A stretch of DNA of 62,607 nucleotides, taken from NCBI RefSeq assembly GCF_001194135.2, contig NC_068981.1, positions 56,761,855-56,824,461 of the forward strand, read 5' to 3'. The translations under genes were made by a program, and so were the position numbers. Positions within the stretch are counted from its first letter, which is position 1; every line of letters begins with the position of its first letter. Source of the stretch: Octopus bimaculoides (lineage: Eukaryota). Under the pieces are notes generated by a model. The model saw nothing but the letters and a program-made list of their open reading frames with translations. It made no database searches and was not told the DNA's origin. Positions 39,248-53,891 of this stretch are shown in pieces.

Positions 39248-39445
39248 CAAGGCGGCGAGCTGGCAGAGTCCTTAGCGCTTTGGGCAAAATGCTAAGCGGC
39301 ATTTCTTTCGCGAACTCAGCTGTGCCTCATCACCCTTTCAGAGTCAATAAAATAAAGTACCAGTCAAGTACTAGGATTGATATAATCGACTTATCACCTC
39401 CCCTCAAAATTGCTGGTTTCTGACAAAACTAGAAAGGAAGAATTA
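39248..39445 (+). mobile_element. SINE family A with internal deletion
   Basis: ggcggcgagctggcagagtcc..aataaaataagtaccagtc..cctcccctcaaaattgctgg. Confidence 0.85.
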
Positions 39446-39989
39446 TAGACGCATAGCAGTTAATTTGCAAAGGAAGAAATAATCTATTGAATCGATTACG
39501 TCCTTAAGTCTTTTGTTTCGTACAAAAAATAAGAGGATTGCTGATACCGTATGAGATTTTAAGTCAGCACATAGAGGAATGCAAATTGATATTGTTAGGC
39601 CTTTAGTCCAGAAGCTCTACCACTCTTGTCATTTCCCTTACATTCAGCACATCCTAAATAAAATTCTCTTGATTAAGTATAATTTTTAATGTAACTACTA
39701 AAATATACGAAATGAAATTCATGTGCTTCTAATACATTTTTCAACTACAAAAGAAAGGTAAAATGAGCTCAAACGAGAATTAAAATCACATTTTTTTAGT
39801 TTTGAGTACTTTAGCCTACTAACCGTTGTCCATCGTTTATAAAGATTTTTCATGTGTGCACAAGACTATGTATTTGTAGAGGAAAGATTTGTAGGTTGTC
39901 GATTGAACCCGCAAAGTATTTTATTTATTTTATCGATCCAAAGTTAGTTCGAGATTGAATCGAGTGGTGAGAAGCAACTAAAGAACTGT

Positions 39990-40195
39990 TTATAATCGAG
40001 GTGCAGAACCTGAAATTTCAGGGTATGATATTGGTCGGTTTTAATCAACCCAGTATTTGAGTGGTATTTCAGTTTATTCTCTCGCGGAGAATAAAAGGTA
40101 AAGTTGACCTTGGCTAATTTTGAACTCTAAACATAAAAAGCCGGAAGAAATACTTCTAAAGTATTTCTTCTGACGCTCAAATGATTTTATCAATG
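39990..40195 (-). mobile_element. SINE family A, old
   Basis: Reverse complement shows gagttcaaaattagccaaggtcaactttacctttt..ataaactgaaatacca. Confidence 0.65.
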
Positions 40196-40312
40196 CAAAG
40201 TATTTAGTCCGAGACTGTTTTTGTAGTTAACGACTTAACAAAGGCCAGAAAATGTAGCATTGCAAATAAACAACTATAAAGTAATGTAAATGTGCATACA
40301 CATACATATATA

Positions 40313-40491
40313 TAGGCGCAGGAGTGGCTGTGTGGTAAGTAGCTTTCTTACCAACCACATGGTTCCGGGTTCAGTCCCACTGCGTGGCACCTTGGGCAGG
40401 TGTCTTCTACTATAGCCACGGGCCGACCGAGGCCTTGTGAGTGGATTTGGTAGACGGAAACTGAAAGAAGCCCGTCGTATATATGTATATG

Positions 40492-40534
<43 letters not shown>

Positions 40535-40738
40535 ATGTCTGTGTTTATCCCCCCAACATCGCTTGACAACCGATGCTGGTGTGTTTACGTCCCCGTAACT
40601 TAGCGGTTCAGCAAAAGAGACCGATAGAATAAGTACTAGGCTTACAAAGAATAAGTCCTGGGGTCGATTTGTTCGACTAAAGGCGGTGCTCCAGCATGGC
40701 CGCAGTCAAATGACTGAAACAAGTAAAAGAGAGAAAAG
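40313..40738 (+). mobile_element. SINE family B, intact reference copy
   Basis: taggcgcaggagtggctgtgtggtaag (A box)..ggttcagtccc (B box)..internal (TA)(TG) tract..gactgaaacaagtaaaagag. Confidence 0.93.
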
Positions 40739-40770
40739 AGTATATACATATCTAAATACATTCACATATT

Positions 40771-40810
<40 letters not shown>

Positions 40811-40821
40811 CACACAAGCAC

Positions 40822-40960
40822 ACTCACGTGGTAAGAAGTTTGCTTCCCAACCACATGGTTCTGCGTTCAGTCCCACTACACGGCAAGTGTCTCCTACTTT
40901 AGCCTCAGGCCGACCAAAGCTTTGTGTGTGGATTTGGTAGACGGAAACCGAAAGAAGTCT
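40822..40960 (+). mobile_element. SINE family B left-arm fragment
   Basis: gtggtaagaagtttgcttcccaaccacatggttc..gatttggtagacggaaac. Confidence 0.85.
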
Positions 40961-41348
40961 AGGTGTGTGTGTGTGTGTGTTAACTTGTTTCAGTCACTGG
41001 ACTACGGCCATGCTTGGGATTTAACCTCCTTCTCAAAAGAAAGCGTCCATTTAAGCTGGATGAAATGCAAATGTTCTCTTCCTCTGTGGAGCATCGACCC
41101 ACGTCAGACTAGTCACTCTCACCCATCCTTCAGAAAATTTACCCAAATCCAAACATATCCATTGAGAATTGGGGATATTCTAGCTCACTCGCTTGCGTAA
41201 ATCCGGGTTTGCTGGTTTAGAGTGTTAAGAGTCCACGTGTTGTTATTCTGAAGGCGATGCTTATATCAGCAGTAGTCGTCGTGGTGGTTATATTAGTGAT
41301 GGTGTTGGTTCTGCTTGCGATAACAGAACAAAATTTGTTATTATTATT

Positions 41349-41387
<39 letters not shown>

Positions 41388-41599
41388 GTCATCATCATAA
41401 TCATCATCATTTTTATTATGTCAAAGAAGCAGTTTGGGAAAGATGCGAAAGTTTTGAAGACAAACTATCAATCTTCAAACTTGATATATTTCTTGTGTTT
41501 CTGCATTATGACTAGCAAACTCACAAGTGGTAACATCATCTAAGGCCATCTACTTATGTTATGGCTTCCATTTCGCCATCACTCTCATCACTACCATCC

Positions 41600-41630
<31 letters not shown>

Positions 41631-42009
41631 GTCGTCGTCGTTAACACCACCGCTACCACCATCATCATGGTCGACGTCAAAACAGAATAAAGAAAAATGT
41701 CGTTGAACTTTTTTTCTTTTTTACATATCTTTTTTTTTTAATATTTTTATATGGTTGCATTTTGTCTTGTCTCTTTGCTTTTTTTTTATTATTATTATGG
41801 ATTAGCTGCTCAGCGTAGCAATCCCATCTTATTTTAAGATCAAATACCTATGTAGCGCAAGAGACTCTAAGACCTAAAAAGTAAAAGAAAGAAAAATATA
41901 CTCCCATAAAGTCCAAAAAATAAAACATATCTCCCCTTTCAATGTGAACATCCAACTCATTTCTTTCTCTCTTTTTCTTACATCTATATGCTATATATTG
42001 TTATTCTCC

Positions 42010-42095
42010 TCCCCCTCCACCTCCACCTCCTCCTCCTTCTTCTTCTTCTTCTTCTTCTTCTTCTTCTTCTTCTTCTTCTTCTTCTNNNNNNNNNN

Positions 42096-42144
<49 letters not shown>

Positions 42145-42310
42145 TTTATTTTTATTATTTCTGACTACTGAAATTATCGTTGTTGTTGTTTCTGCTACTT
42201 TTGCAACAACAACTATTATTATTGTTATTATCATCATCAACAAACATCGACATCACCATCACCATCATCATCATCATCATCATCATCATCATTATCATCA
42301 TCAATATCAT
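42010..42310. repeat. Compound (CCT)(TTC)(ATT)(ATC) array with 10-N gap
   Basis: Read directly. Confidence 0.9.
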
Positions 42311-43993
42311 TATTTTGTGGCTTTAAGCAATCTCGGTTGTAGCTCGACCAACATTTCACATTTGCCTCGAATGGCTGCTGAATCTCTTTGGAAACGTAAG
42401 AAAGATTGCTTAAAGCTATTTCAGAATGCAATGCTATTCTCGTGTGAACCATGTACATAGACTGGCTTTGTGAAACTCAATTAGATTAGTTTTTACTGGC
42501 AAAAAAATATGTAAAATGAAAAAAAAAGGCACATCCACATACAACTGACATTTAAAGCAGAAAAGAGTTATGTGACCGCTAGTGCACATATGTGTTACGG
42601 ACGGTAGATTGAGGGTTAGATAGGAAAGCAGAAGAATACTCAGATACTTAGATAGCTAGATTGATAGAGAGCGAACGAGCGAGCGAGAGAGAAGTAAAAA
42701 CAATTTTCACACTTACATATGAAAATGTTTTCACTTTTGCTATATTTATACTGAAAAAGGACGAAGAAAGTATCATTTTAGATTGTTTTTCTAGTCTGTG
42801 TTTACCATCGAAAAATCTAATTTTAGGGTAACTAATAAAATTGTTTAGAAGTACAAACAAAATCAAACCCAGATAAGGAAAAGATATGATGGCAGCTCAC
42901 TCTTTTGAACATTCCAGATTACAACTTCAGATAACACATTCAAAGAAAAATTTGAACATTATTAGCCCTGTGTTATCTATTTTGTTAATTTCAATTATTT
43001 ATATTACGAGTAACGTATTAAGACGGAGACTGATAAATTTTGCATTCAATTCAAATCCTGTCTTAGCTGTTTATTATTATTTTTTTTTGTGTGTGTGTGC
43101 TTTTGCCTACTTGCCAGAGAACTCCATTGAATAATTGCCCTCGATAGTTTCTTGGATGACCAGTAATAAAATAAAATATCTCAGATATAATTTACATTGC
43201 GATTGAGATCAACACACTGGAGAAAGGATTGGCTACTAACTACTTTTGTAATAAATTTGCCACGATAAAGTACTCTTTTAATAAAATTATTTCAGCAAAT
43301 TCTACTCTTCTAAAATTATTACAGTGAACTCTGAGTTGATTCTAGACGTATGATTTCTATCATACTTACTCATATATTTGCAAGCGTGTTCGCGTGTATT
43401 TACATTCATATGAAATATACGTCTTTAGACAATTTTAACGCACTTCAACATAATTTTTACATTTAAGGCTCGATTTTAGACAGGATTCAATCTGACTTCT
43501 ACTAGTGAAGTATGAATAGCGATATAGTAACATGGAACCTACACATTTTGTTTCTAAACAAATATTGTCATACCCAGGTAACTACCAACTCACTTTGCCT
43601 CAGAATAGATACCAAAGCAGAAAGTGAATGTAATACACATTAATCGTGAAAGGCAGAAATTGCCAAGTTGAAAAATTACGAAATGATACATTTTAAGAAC
43701 TTTATTATTAAGAGATTGTATAATTGGAAGGAAATTTGTTGAAACAAGAATTAACAAAAAGTACTTAGATCTTATTTAAAGCCAGTGTGTTATCCTATTT
43801 ATGCTTTAAATACATCATATGGATTGGAGAAGATATTTACATAATACAGAGGAAGTATAATGAAAGATATTTGAAAAAGAAGGTCCTAAGTTATGTATAT
43901 AACAACGTTTAATATTTTTGATAATACGTCTATTAAAGATGATGATACTATAGCGTCAAGAAATTCACAAACCATATCTCATTTTCTCTGCAG

Positions 43994-44043
43994 AGTGATC
44001 AAAGTTTAAACACATCAGTATATAAACTGGAAGTAGATGCAAA
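43994..44043 (+). CDS. Candidate exon 1 of a three-exon chain
   Basis: ttttctctgcag|SDQSLNTSVYKLEVDA+AA|gtattt. Confidence 0.33.
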
Positions 44044-44178
44044 GTATTTTTAGGATAAATATAAAATATTCTAAAATTTTAGTAAACTAAAACTTGTTAC
44101 TACTGCATTTTGAAATTTTGAATTTTTTTTTTTTCTTTGAATTATTCTTCCATGTAAATAAACAATTTATCATTGCAG

Positions 44179-44247
44179 GGCTGAGCACGAAGCAGAAACA
44201 CCTTATAATCAGTTCAAAACCTTCAGTCAACGGGCAGCTATCATACT
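44179..44247 (+). CDS. Candidate exon 2 of the chain
   Basis: tttatcattgcag|G+AEHEAETPYNQFKTFSQRAAII+CT|gtaaaa. Phase matches exon 1. Confidence 0.35.
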
Positions 44248-44907
44248 GTAAAAACAGTCTAAGTTTTAATAGTCCCTACGGTAGATATTGATTGATGAAA
44301 TGCAATATAATAAACAGAAAATCTATTGATGCAGTCGGTTGCTTTATTTACACGCATTTTCTTTTTGTATAAAACTATCGCCAACATCCTTCCACCCAGA
44401 ACAACCTTCACCACCTGAGCAGTAAAATTATTTTATCTTTTCATCAAAATCACTGTGTAACATTTCAGAAAAAAATGTTTATACAGGTTTTTAAGGATTG
44501 ATCCCTGGTTGAGATATTTATTTTCAATTTTCTTTTTTTTTTTTTTCCAAATCAGGATTAGTTTTGATGTTGTGTTGAAATAAAGACAAAAACAGTTGTT
44601 TTACCTAACTTTTGTATATCTAAATAGTTTTCCATGTATCTGACCTACAACTTGAAATTTGTAATCTCAATAGCTATAAGACTGAAGTGTTTTTGTTGTA
44701 AATAGAAATGAAATAAAAATGTCTGTCTGTCTTCTATTACTTATCTTGGAGCAGGAGTTAAGCCGTTGTGAAATAATTTCATTTCACTTACACTACTAAT
44801 GATTTTGGGAAAATGCATCACCGTCGCAATTTCTCATTCTCCCTCCCTAGTGATATAGAACTTTCACGTCTATTAAAAAGAAACTAATAATTCTTTTGTT
44901 TTTGCAG

Positions 44908-44926
44908 CTTTCACTGGATAAGCTGA
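44908..44926 (+). CDS. Candidate terminal exon of the chain
   Basis: ctaat..ttcttttgtttttgcag|C TTT CAC TGG ATA AGC TGA. Strong acceptor with a branch-like ctaat. Confidence 0.3.
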
Positions 44927-45919
44927 TGATCTACTAAAGGGGGAAAATTGGAAAGCCGGTTTCGATTTGAAATTTCAAATCGAAATTTCACTTTACTGGC
45001 CATACTACATTACTTTTGTTGTTTCATGCATTTATTTCAACAACGGGAGAATGGTTTTGAGTGTATCATTATGTTGTATAGGTGGTTTTAAGAGATTGTT
45101 AAATGTATGAAGATTTTGAATATGTTGCGAGTTCTAGTTGAAAGATGATGTTTAAAAATTGCAGGGAAAATTCTCGATAGGATGTTTCCCAGATGTTACA
45201 TGGATATGTAATCTCACAAAGTCTATTGATAAAATAAGCATACGAGATCTGAAATATCTCGGCCTTGTAACGAAAACCATGATGGGGGAACCGTCTGTAT
45301 TATGATGTACGTGATTTTATAAAAGTATATAATTATCCCCCATTATACACACCCAAACAAATACAATCTATGACTGATACTTTTATATAAACATTCACTC
45401 CCACGATCCAGTTGACGTATGTTAGTATTGCAGATGAAAAATTATGTTGTCTCCAGAAAATAAAAAGAGAAGACTTCTAGAGTAGTTTCCTTAAATTTCA
45501 GGATGAAATCTAGGGTGACTTTTAAAAGATCAGATAATTCTTAAGGCTGGAAGAATGAAGACTATTGTCTGGAAACACAGTAATGATTTGAACGCAAAGT
45601 CCATAATCTGATAAGATCAAGAAAAAGAGAAAAACTTTAGTGTTAAAATCTGCACAACACAAACACATTTACAAACGAATTGCGTGCAGAAACACACATT
45701 TCAACTACTCATAAAAAAATGATCCCAAATGAATAAAAGTTAGGGTTATAATTCCCCAAACAAAAACTAATGATGGATTTTAGTTGAATCGAGTTTTAAA
45801 TAAATAACTAGAGACTTTACCTAAAATAACTGTAGTGTTTCTCCTCTCCCAAAACTTTACAGCTGATAATCCACTAAAAGAAAGTTCTTACAAAAATCAT
45901 CGATTTACATTTATATCTG

Positions 45920-45964
45920 TATGTGTGTTATGTATTATATATCTATACATGGAATGTGTGTGTA

Positions 45965-45999
<35 letters not shown>

Positions 46000-48038
46000 N
46001 NNNNNNNNNNNNNNNNNNNNNNNNNNNNNNNNNNNNNNNNNNNNNNNNNNNNNNNNNNNNNNNNNNNNNNNNNNNNNNNNNNNNNNNNNNNNNNNNNNNN
46101 NNNNNNNNNNNNNNNNNNNNNNNNNNNNNNNNNNNNNNNNNNNNNNNNNNNNNNNNNNNNNNNNNNNNNNNNNNNNNNNNNNNNNNNNNNNNNNNNNNNN
46201 NNNNNNNNNNNNNNNNNNNNNNNNNNNNNNNNNNNNNNNNNNNNNNNNNNNNNNNNNNNNNNNNNNNNNNNNNNNNNNNNNNNNNNNNNNNNNNNNNNNN
46301 NNNNNNNNNNNNNNNNNNNNNNNNNNNNNNNNNNNNNNNNNNNNNNNNNNNNNNNNNNNNNNNNNNNNNNNNNNNNNNNNNNNNNNNNNNNNNNNNNNNN
46401 NNNNNNNNNNNNNNNNNNNNNNNNNNNNNNNNNNNNNNNNNNNNNNNNNNNNNNNNNNNNNNNNNNNNNNNNNNNNNNNNNNNNNNNNNNNNNNNNNNNN
46501 NNNNNNNNNNNNNNNNNNNNNNNNNNNNNNNNNNNNNNNNNNNNNNNNNNNNNNNNNNNNNNNNNNNNNNNNNNNNNNNNNNNNNNNNNNNNNNNNNNNN
46601 NNNNNNNNNNNNNNNNNNNNNNNNNNNNNNNNNNNNNNNNNNNNNNNNNNNNNNNNNNNNNNNNNNNNNNNNNNNNNNNNNNNNNNNNNNNNNNNNNNNN
46701 NNNNNNNNNNNNNNNNNNNNNNNNNNNNNNNNNNNNNNNNNNNNNNNNNNNNNNNNNNNNNNNNNNNNNNNNNNNNNNNNNNNNNNNNNNNNNNNNNNNN
46801 NNNNNNNNNNNNNNNNNNNNNNNNNNNNNNNNNNNNNNNNNNNNNNNNNNNNNNNNNNNNNNNNNNNNNACACACACACACACACACACACACGCTCACA
46901 CTCACACACACAAATATAAACACTCATGACATACATGCTTCTGTGTGGTTGTGTAAGTTACGTAGGAGAATGTATATATTCATGCATACATATATAAATA
47001 TATGTGTGTGTGTATATGTATGTATATATATATATATATATGTATACATATGAATATATATATGTATATGAAAATGTACATACACACACACATATATATA
47101 CATGTATACATAAGTATATGTTTATACACTTTATATATAAGCAAATATAAGTACTTATATTTACATATAAACATATATTGTTATATTTGTACATATACAC
47201 ACACAGGCACATATTAATGTATATATGTGAGTATGTATGTATATAATGTATGTCGCTAATCTTTTCATATATACCTGGATATATATATATATATATATAT
47301 ATANNNNNNNNNNNNNNNNNNNNNNNNNNNNNNNNNNNNNNNNNNNNNNNNNNNNNNNNNNNNNNNNNNNNNNNNNNNNNNNNNNNNNNNNNNNNNNNNN
47401 NNNNNNNNNNNNNNNNNNNNNNNNNNNNNNNNNNNNNNNNNNNNNNNNNNNNNNNNNNNNNNNNNNNNNNNNNNNNNNNNNNNNNNNNNNNNNNNNNNNN
47501 NNNNNNNNNNNNNNNNNNNNNNNNNNNNNNNNNNNNNNNNNNNNNNNNNNNNNNNNNNNNNNNNNNNNNNNNNNNNNNNNNNNNNNNNNNNNNNNNNNNN
47601 NNNNNNNNNNNNNNNNNNNNNNNNNNNNNNNNNNNNNNNNNNNNNNNNNNNNNNNNNNNNNNNNNNNNNNNNNNNNNNNNNNNNNNNNNNNNNNNNNNNN
47701 NNNNNNNNNNNNNNNNNNNNNNNNNNNNNNNNNNNNNNNNNNNNNNNNNNNNNNNNNNNNNNNNNNNNNNNNNNNNNNNNNNNNNNNNNNNNNNNNNNNN
47801 NNNNNNNNNNNNNNNNNNNNNNNNNNNNNNNNNNNNNNNNNNNNNNNNNNNNNNNNNNNNNNNNNNNNNNNNNNNNNNNNNNNNNNNNNNNNNNNNNNNN
47901 NNNNNNNNNNNNNNNNNNNNNNNNNNNNNNNNNNNNNNNNNNNNNNNNNNNNNNNNNNNNNNNNNNNNNNNNNNNNNNNNNNNNNNNNNNNNNNNNNNNN
48001 NNNNNNNNNNNNNNNNNNNNNNNNNNNNNNNNNNNNNN

Positions 48039-48078
<40 letters not shown>

Positions 48079-48726
48079 TGCATAGATAGATAGATAGATA
48101 GATACACGCGCGCACGCACACACGCATACACACACACATTGTATATATATTTGTGTACATATACACCCACAAACCCTCTCTCTCTCTTTCTCTCTCTAAC
48201 ACACACACACACACACACATACACACAATTAAATACTAATGTGACGGCTATAATTCGAGGTGGAAATGAGCAAGAGATGTAATTAATGGGAGAGAAGAGG
48301 AAAGAAGACTTTAGAAAGAGAAAGAGGAACAGAGAGAGGAAGAACTGGATGGATATCTTAGGAGTGAGTTGAAGAAAATTGATGGAGTAGCAATGAGACA
48401 TATATAGAGAGAGAGAGAGAGTGAGATGTTGCAAGCAATGCTGCCGAGGAAGAAACGTATACCACAACCATTTCTGTTTTACTTTAAGGTTTCTTCTACC
48501 TACTGTTATTTCCCGACTGGAAGAGAAACTTTAGGGAGACAGGATGACAGCATGCATTGTTGTATGTGTGTATGTATTTGTGAATATGTACGCGTATATG
48601 CCTATGCGTGTGTGTATACACGCACACACATACATGCACATATGTATGTGTGCGTGTGTGTATTATGTACATATATATATATATATATATATTATATTAC
48701 ATATATATTATATACATTTATACGCA

Positions 48727-48770
<44 letters not shown>

Positions 48771-49030
48771 ATATATATATAATATACGTGGACGCTCTCA
48801 TACACACATATATATGTATCTATGAGTGTGTCTGTATGTATACACACACACACACATACATATATATATGTATGTATCTAAATACATATTTGTATATATG
48901 TATGTTTGTACATATATATGTATACATATACATATATACACATATAAGTATCTATATATGTACGCTTATGTGTGCGTGTGTGTGTGTGAATTTGTATAAA
49001 TAAAGATATATGTATGTGTTCGTGTGTCTG
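45920..49030. repeat. Large (TA)/(CA)/(TG) microsatellite field with two gaps
   Basis: Read directly. Confidence 0.92.
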
Positions 49031-50036
49031 TGTGTGTACATGCGAGTTTATGTATTATCTTTGCGTGTGTTTATTTGATGCATGTGTATTTTTTTTTCCA
49101 ACAGTCCCACGGAATTGCATCACGAACTGACAAGCTGATATTTCCATGCAAGATAAGAACTTCCAAAGAAGGTATAACCTCATGAAATATTGATGCTATA
49201 TGGTTTCAACCACGAGGCAGCACCAGCAGAAGCAGCATTAGAAACATCACCAACAACAGCAGCAATCATGCTGGTGTTTTTTACAAAGATTGATTCGGTG
49301 AGTTTTCTTCGGAATCGGAACTGTTCTCCCAAGTGTTTAGATTCGGTTGGATTTATGAAATCTGTTCGTTTGTTTGTTTATGACTTTGGTTTAATGTACA
49401 GAAAAACCATCTGAGACCCTAAAAACCGGTATATATGCTGGAGAGATAAAAACCAAAAGAATTATATGTGCGAGTATACACGCACACTCCACAAACCTAT
49501 ACGATAGGCAAAACGAAATATTATTTAATTTATGCATTTACTTGCTGTCAATCAGACTTCTTTCTTATACAGACTTAGCTGATTTTTTCTTGTACTTAGT
49601 CAGTGTGTGTGCGCGCGCGACCGTGTGTGTGAGTATGTCAAGTCCCCAGTGAAATTTGAACTGATGCAAGTATTTTACTGTATTTCTCTTTAGACTAGAA
49701 AATACGTTGCATTTTTTTTTCTATGTTAGTTTTTACAAACTTTTCATCATTTTTATCAAATTTTCAAGAAGTGAAGAAAACTTTAATGACAGAAATATTT
49801 CAGTTAAATATAAATTACTTTTCTCTTTGATTTAACAAGCATGGACATTTTGATATTGTTACTCTCATTTTCATTTAAACACAGGTCAGTCCTACTCTGG
49901 CACGTAAGTAGTCAGTTGAGTGCCTATAGTCAATCTTGAAATCAGTTGCTCCATATTTGTATTTTATAAGATAGTCAATGTCCATGACCTTTTCCTGGAT
50001 CTCCTAGGCATCAATATTTAACATGTACATCTGTAG

Positions 50037-50163
50037 ATTGGTGGCTGCTGCAAAAAGATATACATATAAATACGGCGGCGAAGATAAATCCTGTTCAAAG
50101 TGATGAGACTGGAGTTGAGGATAACCGAAAGATGGATAGGACATTTATTTCCGAGCGAGGAAG
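50037..50163 (+). CDS. Candidate internal exon
   Basis: ctgtag|AT+WWLLQKDIHINTAAKINPVQSDETGVEDNRKMDRTFISERG+AG|gtatgt. Strong donor, weak acceptor. Confidence 0.25.
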
Positions 50164-51898
50164 GTATGTAACTTGTTAGCTCAGAAAAGTAGAGGCCATC
50201 ATAGTAAGAATAGAAAACAGAGAAGTAGTACATATTTTGTACAGCCTGTTGGTGATTTAATGCATTGAATAATCACCTTTGGATCAGTCTATGTTGTTAT
50301 TGCAATGGTTAGCAGTTTTAGTAACTTTGACGCTTTTAGTTGGATGTTATTCACAGTTGAAGCGGGTAAGGTACAAGAAGGTTTACTTCATATGCGTTAT
50401 GAGTGAGATTTTGTGCTGTTAAAAGACACAAGGTTATTATATCCCCATTGAAAGATTTTTCAAACTCTTTGTTGCTGAAGGTAAAGCAAGTATGGCGTGA
50501 GGCACATTAGTTCGGTGTGAATAATGTCTGGGCGCAGAGGGTAAACGATTAAAGAATATATCATCTGTATGGCAGTGTTGGTTGCCAGAAGTACAACTAA
50601 CTTTGTGTTTAATGTGCAGAAGGAAGTGTACGAGAAACATTGCTGAGCCATGAGGTACATCATACGCCGAGTTAATTGAATGTCAGTGGTGATGAGCACG
50701 TCGGTACACACTGAAACGGTACGGTCTGACAGAAGAGCTTCAGTGCCTAGTTCAGGACCATGTTGCGCAATTTTTTATTGTACGTTGCTTCTTTTCAGTC
50801 GTCTGGTCTCTTACTGTTATGCGTCCAGTGACGTACGAAAAGTTTCATATTTAAACTGCAACAATCGAGTCCTTTGGTATAGATTAGTATAGTATAAATT
50901 TGTATAGTATAGTACAATTTGTGTTAAACTTGTAGTTGGCGATGTTATCAAAATCAAAGTTTTCTTTTGTTGCTATAATGTTAGATAATCGATGTTATAT
51001 ACAGTTTATAAAGTCTGATTTTTAGTAGTGGGATGGAGATAGTATTTCGAGATGTTCAAATACATTGGTGATACAATTTGGAAGAAATAACTCCACCTGA
51101 CAATTCAATTATTGTCGTGGTGTCTTTGTGTGCCGGAAGTTTAAATGTATTACATGACATTGGTCACAGAATGAGAATAGCTACAGAGAGGGGTGTTTTC
51201 CGAGTTGTAGCTCATCATGCCCGAAACAAGCAGTCATGCCAGATAATGCATCTGTAAGAATTAATGTTTTACATAACTTATTGCAGCAGTCATTCTTTAT
51301 TCAATAGAACCAAACTAGTTGAATAAAAAGTGTTTTGTGTTTGTAAGAACAAATGCATTTATACTGTTGTATTTCTTATTTCTAACCATATTTCACCTCA
51401 TCTGACATTGAAAGCAGAACAGTTATGAAAACTCAGAAATCTAAACACCAAAGAATGCCACTCAAACTATATTTCTATGCATTTATCATTTTATACCGCT
51501 GTCATTATTCACACAGAACCAATAGACCTCAGAAATTTTGAATTCCTTGTGGGTCCTCGTAGTTTTAGTCATTCCATTTAAATAAATCTCGATTGCAAGT
51601 TGCGACCATTCCATCTAGATTACAACATCTATCGCTTTGAATGACACAATTTTCCTCTTCCTCTCTTCGATGAATGATACGATGGGTAACGACGATCAGT
51701 TCTGTTGATCCATTTATATTAAAGGGGTTCCCATTGTCTATAATTTCTATAGAAATCAGTGAACTGTACTCTTTTACCGCCCTAGATTAGTGTTTAAATA
51801 TATGTGTGTATGTATAAGCGTGCGTATGTGTGTATACGTATGTATATGTGTGTATTTATATGTATGTGTGTGTTTTTGTGAGTGTGTGTGCGCGCGTC

Positions 51899-52925
51899 CC
51901 TTTATATGCCCTCATCCCTCGCAATGAAGGCCTCCTCGCATTGAAAATCTTCCTCGATCTTCGTAGTAATAATCAATCTGGCACCTCTACCCTCCTCTGT
52001 TTGGCTGAACTTGTCCTCTCCTTAAGTTGCTTCTCGTTCGCTAGACAATTTTACCATCAGGTGTCGGGAGTGAGTATGGGAGCGGAAATGAGCCCAACTA
52101 TGCGAACCTGTTCTTCGGCTATGTTGCAGTCCAAATATTCTTTCAGTTCACCGCTCCTACTCTCGAACAATACGGTCGTTACACTGGCGACTGTATCGGT
52201 GCGATCTCACTCCCCCGCCAGCATTTCGACTCCTTCCTCTCATTCATCAAGTCCTTCCATCTCTCCCTCAAATTCTCTAGCTCCGTTTTCAACAACCCTG
52301 ACAACTTTCTCGACATTTCTGTTACCATCCAACACTCCTTTCTTACCACCGCTATCCACTATAAATCCACTGACGCACACTCTTACCTCAACTTCTCTTC
52401 TCACCCTACCCATACCAAATTGTCCATCCCTTACTCTCAGTTCTGCTGTCCCTGCCGCCTCTGTAGTGACAACCAAGAACTTCGAGATATTCCCTACTAA
52501 TGGCTTGCCACTTCAGCCAACTGACATACCCCACCACTATTATCCAAATTACCCTCGCCCGTGCCCAATCTGCTGACCATGCATCTACTCTCACCCACCC
52601 TGTATCTGGCCCACCCTTATCCCTCCATTTCCTCCTCATCTAACACCTCTTCACCCTACCACACCAACACATCATTTTGCATGCTTTCCGCCGGCACCAG
52701 TCTGACCCGTTAACCTCCTACATCTTCCTCAACTCACCCCCTCCCTTCCTATAAAATCCCGCCCATAACCTACTTAATCTTCTGGTCCATAGCTTCTTCC
52801 CAACTCCTGGAGGCCAACTTCCTTTGCTTTCGCTCACGCTGCAACACATGCCGCTACCTCCCCAACACCACTATCCTCAGTCACACCCACCACCGCTCCA
52901 AGTACATAACTGATGCATTCACCTG

Positions 52926-52926
<1 letters not shown>
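51899..52926 (+). mobile_element. Penelope-like element: RT, thumb and start of the endonuclease linker, decayed
   Basis: SLYALIPRNEGLLAL..LAELVL..FSF..FYHQVSGVSMG..NYANLF..NFLDI..HYKSTDAHSYL..SIPYSQF..CNTCRYL..FTC, truncated at (CT)n. Confidence 0.9.
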
Positions 52927-52957
<31 letters not shown>

Positions 52958-52976
52958 CCCTGTACATTAGCCAATA

Positions 52977-53033
<57 letters not shown>

Positions 53034-53269
53034 CAGCAGCAGCAGCAGCAGCAGCAGCAATTATGTAGTAGCAAATGTAGGAGGAGTTGCGATAAACAGA
53101 AGTTTATATTATTAGTTTTTATGTACCTTTTACCATTACTGTTGCTTTGGAACTCTGCATTGTATGTTCCAAGCGCATTTGGAACGCATCATCAAGGAAA
53201 ACTTTACTGCATTAAGTTACAGAAAGCTAATGTTAATAGTTGGGTAGATACCTTTTCATAACAATAGAA

Positions 53270-53600
53270 CAACTAGCGATATCATTGACAAACCCATCAC
53301 CAGTAGAAAAGAGATTTCTAACTGAAGAATTGAGCATTTGACAGATATAAATTGTATCAATTTAAATATACATCCCAGGAAAACCGACAATAACCATACA
53401 CGCATTGACAATTTCACAGTAAACCAAAAATAAAAAAAATTCTAGAAGTAGAAAACTTAATGTAACATGGTTTAATCATCTTTACGAACATTCTTTGACA
53501 TCCTAAAGAAAAGCTTTCATCCTCAACAAATATCACAAGATATTCAATATAACTTCTACTAAACTATCGTACTCGGCTACACCAAATTTAGCTAACGACT
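53270..53600 (+). mobile_element. Second Penelope-like fragment (post-RT linker)
   Basis: RSRKLNVTWFN..FFDILKKSF..KYHKIFN..KLSYSATPN matches RNIIWFNPP..KLHKIFN...K.SYSCMPN. Confidence 0.7.
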
Positions 53601-53774
53601 TAGTAGCTGAAAACTACCTCGTTTATCTCCGTTTATCGCCGTTTCTTCGGCGTGTAACGTGAAGTTCTGGATGACTAGTCAAATCAACCAATAACACAAG
53701 TATATTCTGCAATAAATAATCCACTATATTTTGCTTTCTTCCTACTAAACATATTACTGAATATCTATATAAAT

Positions 53775-53807
53775 TATGTGTTAGGTTGTGTGAGTATGTG
53801 TGAGTAT

Positions 53808-53891
<84 letters not shown>

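Noticed and set aside
50437-50772. Overlapping minus-strand ORFs of about 70-100 codons
   Set aside because: No recognisable domain, and a competing plus-strand exon reading exists. This length is within chance for the local GC content.
51830-52576. 248-aa ORF with Ser/Thr/Pro-rich tail
   Set aside because: The front is Penelope RT and the tail is the out-of-frame reading after a frameshift.
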